A stretch of 64,000 nucleotides of DNA from Giardia intestinalis (taxonomy: Eukaryota): the NCBI GenBank assembly GCA_000002435.2, contig CM018790.1; one strand, 5' to 3'. Within the stretch, counting starts at the first letter, position 1; each line of letters opens with the position of its first letter. The notes under the pieces are model-generated. The model saw nothing but the letters and a program-made list of their open reading frames with translations, was not told the DNA's origin and did not search any database. A program made the translations under genes and the position numbers. Below, piece by piece: positions 29,101-37,500 of this stretch.

Positions 29101-31137
29101 TCTAAGCTGCACAGCGGAGGTGCAAATCACACCTATGCGGCTCTCTACGGGATCAGCATATGCTCCTTCATCCAGTACAGTAATCACGCAACAGAAAAGT
29201 GGCGAGCTAAGAACTTAAACGACGTAGTTATGCACATGGTACGCATTTTAATAAGCTTGCACGCTCTCAATGTGATCTCTACATCCTTACCGGACCTGGC
29301 TGTTGAATTAGATATCTATCCCAGCATTAAAGATGTTATTCTCTCCACTGGACCCTTAGCGAGCCTGCAGTCTATTTGCAGTGTCTTCGCCTACTCTGGC
29401 GATGCCATTGCCAGCAAGGTTTTAATGTGCCCCTTTGAACTATGCAAGGAGGTTGTGGCCGCTTTTGAGACTAAAGCTGACTACTCGGTGATCATTCACG
29501 ACGGAATGATTAAGCTAGTGACCAGAACAGCGGATCTTAAGGGCCTAGACACAGAGGACTCGTCTCTTCTCAAGCACACAGCACAGATAAGCGCCACCTA
29601 TATGGCCTTAATGCTCCTGGGATCCCTTAAGTTCTATGCCAATATTATCTCCCATCTAGCGCCTCATGTTTTGGTCGTTTGCCTTCCAGAGGTAATAGGT
29701 CTAGTTGATTTGGCGTTGAAGACGGCCCAAACACACAGCACTACTATCTCCACTTCTCTACAACCAGTACACTCAAAGCTGAAGCCAGGCCAGGGGAACT
29801 TCAAACTTGAGACGAGTGTGGTGATTCTTTCACTTTGTATCTATCTTCTTCTACTCAAAAAATTGGCAGGAGGCATTAGGACTAGCTCAAGTTGTGTCTC
29901 TGATTTATCTCTCGTCTACAAGCGGTTGGAAGAGGCGGCATATCTAGAGGATACTTCCATCAAATATGTATCCAAGTCTATGATTGCGTTGATGGGAGCA
30001 ATATATGCAGAGTTGAATAGTTTAGACAATAGTGTAACAACTCTGCGGAACATAACCCTGTCATACCCTCAACTTTGTTTGACTATTCTCCGCCGTTATA
30101 CTCCTACCGATATATTCTTGTCCCTTTTGCTAGATTGCATATATGAGCTTTTGTGCTTAAATAGCTGTCAAGATAACATATTGTGCAGTATCTTTTTGCC
30201 ACAGCTGCGCTCGTTCTGCTCTACAAACCTTTTAACCCTGGCATCTCAGCTCCATCAGCTGTTCCGTGGTGAACCAATAAGCTCTGATATCTTAAAATCT
30301 CGACGTTCTGTCACAATCATGCTACCTATAGGGAGTAAGGTGGTAACTTTGCCGCCGCTGGCTTCATTCTTTTTCGGGGATGTGGCGTCCCCTAAAAGCT
30401 CTGAAAAGTCCGATGATGATGCAGTCAAATCTGTTCTATCAAGGATAGCGACTGTCCTATTACCGAAGAAGGCGCGTGACTCCTCTCCAGCTGTCACACA
30501 AGTTTCCATAAATAAAGAGACCATCGAACGGTTGGCAAAATTCTTGGCGACAATTTCATCTGCTGAAATTTCTCAAAGTATAGTGCTCAGATTTCTCTCT
30601 GAACTGGGGACGGAGAGCTTCGAGACCCTAAAGACTTCTACTGCCGTGTCTTGCGATATCCTATGCCTCTATTTTTCAATCTCTGTATATAACTTTTTGA
30701 GGACCACCCACGTCACATTTGACAGCTTTTATCTTTCCCTACCCTTATATTGGCTGGAAGACTCGGATACTGCTGCCTCAAATACTGTGACACAGTTTGC
30801 CATCCCGCTGCTCTTGCCCATCTTTTTGGCCACACGAGCACTTGAAGATACATTTAATCCACCCTTATGGATGCATATCGCTAATACGCTCGCATTCTTC
30901 GCACGTGAGCTGGCATGTTCTGACGATTCGCGGGCCTTCTTCTTCCAACAGGTTCTTCTTCCCATTATTCTTCTGGCCCGAAATACTGTTCCGTTGACCC
31001 AATTCGAGCAGAACCTATCACGGACCCCAGAGTTTATTAACAAAATTGTCAGCATTTCAAAGGAAGTTGTGAAAGATATCGCCAGCACTGAGCTGAGGGT
31101 TGCTCTAGCCCGTCAGTTGTCCGTATTGGGGCTTTGA
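26197..31137 (+). CDS. Large alpha-helical (HEAT/ARM-like solenoid?) hypothetical protein, about 1646 aa
   Basis: The track start 26140 is a GTG inside the microsatellite. The first in-frame ATG is 26197 (MEDQCVQDKIF...), preceded by ctctttttaaag. The long ORF is rich in leucine-rich helical segments. No diagnostic motif seen. Confidence 0.7.
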   Translation: MEDQCVQDKIFQLMSLGATSLPESFPLFPYIQKTLLMMTRPCVKSCASVTGCNPLEAGEAGSLIALCVEILLSRDSSLSLLQIASDVLLLTFQASPKEDMSRGIISLTGAILNRRLKISTTRLVLSLFHTIIRNGMHKNLFTNTSTQGLADEFSFEMINLCILAKLAMTDGHLDTGIVIYNEDLEASGVHMHTLVFFASFLMIYLIPGSELSRTPFYVSLTKGFPAWIPKHFLDGFECVSVLELLRATLCFFKQRLSEFKTFLTEQPRFVGEFVTLATSLTCSSREAYQVLRQIVVDIIIVLIEIVEEAEDLTSLICVTLFHCLNSLIVLPLFSKSVIFANLDCPIIPKAIGHLVLSDAYSCLDEDIAMELRRQKESLVKEMSSGSSRAERGSKIAVERAYFCLWSLLRVITGEKYRLYPVYLIKLTYLPSTSLLLYYLLNVLTNLASANSQDISGLALNCMINLYMHCLGVLVQASSMTCASATIFRPQPPSSILSIQSNIVERLDFLGKVRGIGSSILSCGKTIRDAKPDAILSVLSECLADSSTSPTSRAPAELIAILPLLAGVVHPSVPFLLLFSKKGSAVLDSTISQDDYFYHVLSGETIHPDMDELDLFRLCFRNFLLSGEGQEIERAMISISNDVARVIGELPSDHKIRLIGHAPSLRILLGSIVVLTTECLSEKIALSSKMTMSRFVSILMGSSQIKEYLSGNYQLSEQTKGQPIPLHEDLVSKFSSMYQRIRNAPLAVDRTIYDVLSLPTGIALPSSTCIKLAEKASTRTKDALGPNESGQPRFVNVFKDWCTSSSMLPGTMDQLISMTVHQTCLHMRTMEQLKSILGQQRSRLLDGVETDSISLMEYYFHIYLLVQAALTHFVSGALAGTIGSGGLALSVDYSSGLYAACHAVHTYSLKMLAPLSKSSTSSSAVMSSLIERELISSSYLSRYFADQCEYLRLSEYMSASSPNAWIKLSSKLHSGGANHTYAALYGISICSFIQYSNHATEKWRAKNLNDVVMHMVRILISLHALNVISTSLPDLAVELDIYPSIKDVILSTGPLASLQSICSVFAYSGDAIASKVLMCPFELCKEVVAAFETKADYSVIIHDGMIKLVTRTADLKGLDTEDSSLLKHTAQISATYMALMLLGSLKFYANIISHLAPHVLVVCLPEVIGLVDLALKTAQTHSTTISTSLQPVHSKLKPGQGNFKLETSVVILSLCIYLLLLKKLAGGIRTSSSCVSDLSLVYKRLEEAAYLEDTSIKYVSKSMIALMGAIYAELNSLDNSVTTLRNITLSYPQLCLTILRRYTPTDIFLSLLLDCIYELLCLNSCQDNILCSIFLPQLRSFCSTNLLTLASQLHQLFRGEPISSDILKSRRSVTIMLPIGSKVVTLPPLASFFFGDVASPKSSEKSDDDAVKSVLSRIATVLLPKKARDSSPAVTQVSINKETIERLAKFLATISSAEISQSIVLRFLSELGTESFETLKTSTAVSCDILCLYFSISVYNFLRTTHVTFDSFYLSLPLYWLEDSDTAASNTVTQFAIPLLLPIFLATRALEDTFNPPLWMHIANTLAFFARELACSDDSRAFFFQQVLLPIILLARNTVPLTQFEQNLSRTPEFINKIVSISKEVVKDIASTELRVALARQLSVLGL

Positions 31138-31193
31138 AGGCAAACGAAAGAGTGGTCCTGTTTAATATTATTTAAAAATTGCGAAATTTTGCA

Positions 31194-34070
31194 ATGATTT
31201 CCCTGATCGGGTACGAAGCATTCATCAAAAAGTACAGATTCTGCTCAGAAGTGCCACAGAGTGGATATGACAAGGTATACAGAGTGGAGAGCAAACACGG
31301 AGGCAACTTCTACACCTGCCGAGAGATATCTTACTCAAATATAGTACAGGACTCAATAGCCATTGATCCCGGGATATTTACTGCGCTTCTAGCCATCGAA
31401 CACCCATGCATAGCAAAGATTTATGACATCTACCACGACACAACGACCAAGAAACTGTACATAGTGACGGAACTTCTGGAAGATTCGACGCTGGAAACTC
31501 TAGTTGCAGCGCATCTCCGCACAAATGAATCGATGATAGAGGAGGTGGTATGGCGGGTTGCTGCCTACCTCTCCTCGGCCCTGTATTATTTTCTATTTCA
31601 ATTTCAAAAAAAATCAATCTGCGCCATATTTAAGCGATTCATCACACCACAGGATTGCGTGGTCTGTAGAACTGGACTTGTCAAGTTGCTATTGACAGAC
31701 TTAATTTTCATAGTTAACCCAAACTATGCTAAGCTCATGAGTCACCAAAAGCAGTGCTACTGTGCCCCTGAGATACTTCTCCATCTCCAGTATAGTGATA
31801 AGTCTGAGATGTGGTCCTTAGGGTGTATCTTGTATGAGTTGTGCACCCTGAAGCGGTTTATTGAGGACCCCAATCCAATGTTAGTAAGAAATCAGGCTGA
31901 AGCCGCCGAGAATCGCATCGTTCTACCAGGCTATTCAGAAGATATATGCAACCTTCTTAACGGTCTTTTGCGTTATGAACCAGGCAATCGCTATTCTGCC
32001 GAGTACATTTGCTCTATAAAACAGTGCACACTCGTCCTCGACACGATAAGAGAGCACTTTCTTGCCACACAAAAGTACGAAAGGGATTATATTCCAGCCT
32101 ACAATGGATCATATTCTTGGGCTCACAATTCCACAGCACCTGCAGTGTATAACCAGCTGTCTCCTTCTTCATTTAGGACACACGCCAATGCTTACCGTCC
32201 AGAGCAGCTCACAGTGCATGGATCTGGAACGTATAGCTATGATCCTTCCAAACAGCTGGTGCAGACGTTCACGCCTGCGACCTCCACTGTATACTCCAAC
32301 TCGGTAGCTTCACAGCCACAAACAGATGTTATCCCTACATCTGTTGATTCCAGGACTGAGCGTAGAGATAGAGATCCCGCTGCAATAACATATATAGATG
32401 GTTATGCGGCCAAATATTCTCCGGTGCTTTATGATTCCCATATAATGTCTAATAGATCCGGTGTAGAGAAGCTTATGTCACCGCTACAAGCGATAGATGG
32501 CCCAGTTAAGCCTGATTGGAACGGAGCTTCCACAGCATCAAGGGTATCCCCAGAAGCCAACACCGCTGGTAATATCTTTCAACCACCAACGAGCTATACG
32601 CTGCAGAATATGCTATATGAGCAGTCTCATCATCCCTCTACCCAATCATCATATGGAACATACGCTCCACTCGGTGCTACGGACACTAGCGAACGAGCTA
32701 TCCCTTATGACATGGTGGGACATCCTTCACTGCCTGCAGACTCCGCTGTTGTATCGGTTCAGCCTCCTCATCTTGTCCAAAAGCCCAGGCCCTTAGAGAT
32801 TGAAGATCTAAGGCAATCGCGACCAGTCCCGAACTATCAAGCTGCTAGTCAGGCGGTGATTGTCGCTGACATCGAGTCGAGGCTGTCTCTCATGGACAGA
32901 GTCAAGTCCAGGTCTGCCAACGTTAAAGGTCTAGGCTCTGATGCCACATTATTGATGCTGGCCGTTGTTAATTTTGATAACAATGAAGTGCTCAGACACT
33001 TGGCTCTTGCGGGAAAGCGTACGCATGAAGGAGTCTCAGCACTCATGCTTGCAGCCAGTGTTGGAAACACTTACGCTATTCGGAGCATTCTGGAGCGTGT
33101 CGGAACTGCAGGCCAAAAAGAGACTCGCATGCAGGACTACAGCAATGGAAAGACAGCACTGATGTATGCCGTGGAAGGCCAGCACGAAGAAGCAGTGGAT
33201 GTACTGGCGAAGCACGAAGCAACTATGACTTTGAACGACGGCACAACTGCTCTTATGCTGGCAGCTGTGAGGGAGAATGTGGAAATAGTCAAAAGGCTTG
33301 CAAATTTGGAAGGAGGAATGGTAGATTCTATTGGAAGAACGGCTCTAATGCACGCCATGGGCATCCACAACTATAAGGCTGTTTCCATTCTTGCCAAATG
33401 GGAAGGGGAAAAGCAGGACCATAACGGTCTCACTCCTCTAATGATAGCAGCAAAGGTTGGGGATAATGAGCTGGTGGACATACTCAAGTTGTGCGGTTTA
33501 AACCTCAGAACTCCGGCAGGCGAAACAGCGCTCATGGCTGCTGCAGCTGCTGGACACGTCGCGGTTTGTAGAACATTGGCCCCACAATATGCAGGAGCAG
33601 CCAACATCATTGGGATGACTGCACTGATGTACGCTGCTGAAGCCGGGCACGAAGAGATATGTGAAGCGCTACTTCCATACGAAAAGGGAAAGCGAGATAC
33701 AGCAGGGAGGACTGCGCTCATGTATGCTGCATCCACCGGTCAGGTTGGCTGTGTGCGAAAGCTGCTTCATGCTGAGGAACGAATGCGGGCAACAGACGGA
33801 TCAACGGCTCTCATCATAGCAGCAGAATTGGGCTTTACAGCTGTTGTTGCAGAACTGGTTACGCGGGAAGCAGGGATTGCTCGGTTTTCAGACGAAACAG
33901 CTTTGTCAATGGCCATAATGAACAATAGAAGAGACTGCGTCCAACTTCTTCTTAAGGCTGAGGGTATGCTAAAGTGTCCCGGAGGCATGACACCTGTCGA
34001 ATATGCGACACATTTGAACCGGCCTGAACTCTCAACGATCTTACGTTCTCTTTCGTTTAATGAAGACTAG
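31194..34070 (+). CDS. NEK-family kinase-like protein (predicted pseudokinase) fused to C-terminal ankyrin repeats
   Basis: The track start 31179 is a TTG; the true ATG is 31194, preceded by a strongly AT-rich ttaatattatttaaaaattgcgaaattttgca. The N-terminal domain has a NEK-like kinase fold (HPCIAKIYD, LYIVTELLEDSTL, CYCAPEIL, DKSEMWSLGCILYELCTLKRF). HRD is replaced (FKRFITPQD), DFG is replaced (TDL), and the beta3 lysine is replaced (YTCREI). The C-terminal half has at least 9 ankyrin repeats (TALMLAA...). Confidence 0.85.
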   Translation: MISLIGYEAFIKKYRFCSEVPQSGYDKVYRVESKHGGNFYTCREISYSNIVQDSIAIDPGIFTALLAIEHPCIAKIYDIYHDTTTKKLYIVTELLEDSTLETLVAAHLRTNESMIEEVVWRVAAYLSSALYYFLFQFQKKSICAIFKRFITPQDCVVCRTGLVKLLLTDLIFIVNPNYAKLMSHQKQCYCAPEILLHLQYSDKSEMWSLGCILYELCTLKRFIEDPNPMLVRNQAEAAENRIVLPGYSEDICNLLNGLLRYEPGNRYSAEYICSIKQCTLVLDTIREHFLATQKYERDYIPAYNGSYSWAHNSTAPAVYNQLSPSSFRTHANAYRPEQLTVHGSGTYSYDPSKQLVQTFTPATSTVYSNSVASQPQTDVIPTSVDSRTERRDRDPAAITYIDGYAAKYSPVLYDSHIMSNRSGVEKLMSPLQAIDGPVKPDWNGASTASRVSPEANTAGNIFQPPTSYTLQNMLYEQSHHPSTQSSYGTYAPLGATDTSERAIPYDMVGHPSLPADSAVVSVQPPHLVQKPRPLEIEDLRQSRPVPNYQAASQAVIVADIESRLSLMDRVKSRSANVKGLGSDATLLMLAVVNFDNNEVLRHLALAGKRTHEGVSALMLAASVGNTYAIRSILERVGTAGQKETRMQDYSNGKTALMYAVEGQHEEAVDVLAKHEATMTLNDGTTALMLAAVRENVEIVKRLANLEGGMVDSIGRTALMHAMGIHNYKAVSILAKWEGEKQDHNGLTPLMIAAKVGDNELVDILKLCGLNLRTPAGETALMAAAAAGHVAVCRTLAPQYAGAANIIGMTALMYAAEAGHEEICEALLPYEKGKRDTAGRTALMYAASTGQVGCVRKLLHAEERMRATDGSTALIIAAELGFTAVVAELVTREAGIARFSDETALSMAIMNNRRDCVQLLLKAEGMLKCPGGMTPVEYATHLNRPELSTILRSLSFNED

Positions 34071-34095
34071 ACCTTAAAATTCAGACTTTACTGCC

Positions 34096-34431
34096 ATGTC
34101 TCTGGGTAAGATCACGCACGAAGATTACTGTCTGGAAAAGGAGATGGGGAGGAAGCTTCGATCGGACTACAATCCAATATTGCAGACACTTCATCCCAAT
34201 AGCAACGAAAACCGTGTGGATCACATGAGTGATTTTTTCACGTCAAAGCTCCGTGACCCGCTACCTCATACAGATAAATTTGTGCCTGACCGCACAATAC
34301 TAAATAAGGCCCATTATGCCCAGAAAGAAAAGCGAATGCAAGAGGATGCCCAATTAGTGGCGTCCTTGCCAACCTATGATGAACCTAGTGACGATCTTGC
34401 TTCGCGACCCACAAACAACAAGCACAAATAG
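34096..34431 (+). CDS. Small hypothetical protein (111 aa)
   Basis: An ATG-initiated ORF filling the gap between two large genes. An AGTGAAT motif lies 17 nt after its stop (34448..34454). Confidence 0.4.
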   Translation: MSLGKITHEDYCLEKEMGRKLRSDYNPILQTLHPNSNENRVDHMSDFFTSKLRDPLPHTDKFVPDRTILNKAHYAQKEKRMQEDAQLVASLPTYDEPSDDLASRPTNNKHK

Positions 34432-34447
34432 ACAACGCAAGCAGACG

Positions 34448-34454
34448 AGTGAAT
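34448..34454 (+). promoter_or_regulatory. Putative polyadenylation signal AGTGAAT downstream of the 111-aa ORF
   Basis: Matches the AGTRAAY consensus 17 nt after the TAG stop (34429..34431). Confidence 0.35.
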
Positions 34455-34523
34455 TTTCTCGACCAGATTAGATTATCTGTCAACAAATATTAACTTTTGT
34501 GTTTTCTGCGCCGGTCCTCAAAT

Positions 34524-37500
34524 ATGAGGACACTACCTTCACAGCCTCCAAAGGCAATTGTGATTCCCCAGCAGCTCCAAAGATTAGCGTCAAGAACTTC
34601 TACTGAAACCTCTTCCTCTGGAGCTAGCCCATCGAAAGACCTTATGACAAAATACGCGTCTGTCGTCTATTCCAATTTGGAGGAGCAGCGACACGTTCGA
34701 CAATGTGATGCAGAACTAGTCACTACGGCACACCGTGGCAAGAAAGCTCTCATCTCCTACGATTTCACTAATCCGCTTTTGATCAAACAACATACCATTC
34801 CAGCATTAGAGGCTCTACGCCGTGAGCGCCCTCGAACCGTTGGGCTCAAGAAGTACCAAGATGTTTCTATTCTGGGCAGAGCATATGCACGGATGATAGA
34901 TAAGGTTCAAAGTGCGCTCTTTCAATCGGGTTTTCTACGCATTTATGATGACGCCACAGGGGTGTTGGCTCCTTCAGAAGCTCGTGAGCGCACATTAGCC
35001 CACCAGCGCATGGCTCACTACCGTATCCTCGAACTTGAGTACATGGAGCATGCTCGAAGTCTCCACGAACACCTTTCGCCATTACTAGTCGACTACACAA
35101 ACAGGATGGAGTATCGGCACCATTTACTGCTCCATTCTATCGCTGACTATTCAATCGAGAATCTCTTTGTAAGCGTATCGGCACAAACACTATACAAGTC
35201 CGTCCAGAATTCGTGCGACGATATCCCTGTGATCCTATTTCAGTGCCGGCTTGAGGACATCATCCGGGGATCTGTACCCTTGATAGATCCCGGCTGCAAG
35301 CAAACACGAATTGATGCATTGACCACTAATGACATTGTCAGTATATCTGAGCTTGCACAGGCCATTGCATCTGAGCAAACCGCAGAGCTCCACGATCCTT
35401 CCATGCTACACCCTGCAATCCAGCAATCTTCCCAACCACGTACAGATATACTAACGTTGGGAAAACATCTTAGTACGATGTTGCTCAATGAGGATAGTAC
35501 TTCTCGAGATTCACTGGCGCTCATGGATGGTTCTCATAGCAACACTCTAAACATTTGCAGCGATCCTGGTGTCGATCGGAAGGTAGAAGATACCGATAGA
35601 ACTCATGCTTCTGATGTTATCGTTACTCGCCTACTCTCACCAGATCCTCAACTGTACGCTTCACAGCAAGAACCTCCCTCGCCAGAGTACAGTACTAAAC
35701 AAGAATCTCAAAGATCTCCAAAGAACTTCCAGATTACGACAATAACTACGCAGAAATACACCAAATCAGGTCTTCCATTGCCGCAATCTAGATTATGTAC
35801 ACGAGGAACTAGCAGATTGAAAGCAGAGATTAATTTATCTAATTTAGACCGTGGTCAGTATGAAGCACTCCACGCAACCAATCCTATATTGGCCAAACCA
35901 AACCGTCAACAGCCTGCGAACACCATAGAGCCGCTCATTGGCAGGGCCATACAGTCCCCGCCAGCAAAACCCAGAACTGTATCACGAGTGTCGGTACTCA
36001 GAAGTCCTACCGTACCCACACGTGAGGCCACACTTCCTCCCAAGGATCTGCAGGCTTGTCTTGTTCCCTTCACTAAAGTTACCTTTCAGCCGGGGTCTCC
36101 AAGCCTACACTTCTCAGAACCAAGTGTACACCCTGTGAGAGATCCCTTTTCAGATAGCGAGTCATCCACCTTAGAGGGTTTTGACACTCTTGAAGACCTT
36201 CCTCAATCACAGGGTCTTCACTTAAGAGCCTGGTCTCCTCTAATTGCTCATGCACATTCATCAGCTTACCAAGATCAAGGACGTAATAAGTCTGTGCCTC
36301 ATACCAAGAACTCGTCACCCAGAAGTCCTGTCACCACGTCTCCTACACACCCATATCCTAGGCTTAGAGACAGATTTGGCTCTCCTTTATTGGCTCTCTC
36401 AACCAAGCGGCTTAGCACAGAAGCGACGCAAGTACTAAGATGCAAAGAACACCTACAGCTCTGTATTTCGCATTACTGCAAGCTTGCTTTACATGGAAAC
36501 CCCTCTAACTATTCCACAGGCTTCACATATACTTCTTGGCTGACAGCAGATCCTATTAACGTGGTTGAGGCTATGCGCCACCTGGCTCCTCAGTGGCCCA
36601 ATGAGAAGAGTTGTGAAAGACTGCAGAAAATTAGAAGGGTACCTTCAGAGCTTACCACAAGCTTGCCACGGAAACTTATATGGATGAACCCTGTGTATAG
36701 GGAGCCTTTCAATGACGTTAGAGACTTGTGCTTTTCAATCATGTGGATGCTTACGGGGGAGTGCGCACCGTCATGGTATGTACCGAGCTCCAGAGCTATG
36801 AAGAAGCGCCGTGCAGACATGAATAGGAGGCTTCTGCTCAACCTAGGGGCAATAGACACATATGATGAGCGAGAAATGACCCCAGGAGTATTTGCACAAC
36901 TAGTGTCTCTCAATAGGAGACTAGAAAGAAAGCCTACTATGTCTCGTGACTCCGCACTTCCTTTCTCAAGAGGAAGAACTTCTGCAACTAGTAGATCACA
37001 AGAGCTAGACATTTCAGACAGCACTCATGACCCCAGCAGCACAGCAAATTCGCTCAGGGAGGCAGAATACTGTGACACATACAACGCTGCTCTTCAAGAG
37101 CTCTATTATAGAGAAGTTCCTGCTGTTGAGCGGTTCCACTTTCCCAAGAACCAGATTGTGTATGGAGCCTATCTGGCTTCTTCTATTCCCTATTACCATG
37201 AAGACCTCGATTTCGTTCTTGCTGAGCTGGAGTCCAGAAGTTACAACAATATTATTTCTATAGGACCAGTAATAGAGCGTGCTATGAAGCACGAGAGGAA
37301 CGACAACTATGACCCTTCGTTTACCCTAGAACGTGTAGGGCTTAAACGAAAGCAGCTCGCCACCTTAGCTAGCGGGATAGAAAAGCCATCAGATGCGGAG
37401 CTTTACCTAATGAATGGAGGCGTAACTCCATACGTTAGTCCATGTCTTTCAGAGTTCAGTAGCTTCATTGCTGCTGGATCAGACTCTGGTGCATCGGATA

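Noticed and set aside
26197-31137. Assigning the 1646-aa or 1669-aa solenoid protein as MON2, the partner of DOP1
   Set aside because: I could not find the DCB/HUS-box signature (N-Y/F-D-C-D) or other diagnostic MON2 blocks by eye, only a weak MNDCN in the 1669-aa protein. They are left as hypothetical.
31179-31193. ORF-track start codons at 31179, 34497, 41223, 51258, 26140 (plus) and 20570, 51132, 58766, 26292 (minus)
   Set aside because: These are TTG/GTG codons translated as M by the ORF caller. In a eukaryotic nuclear genome the first in-frame ATG, in each case preceded by an AT-rich stretch, is the credible start. Coordinates were adjusted accordingly.
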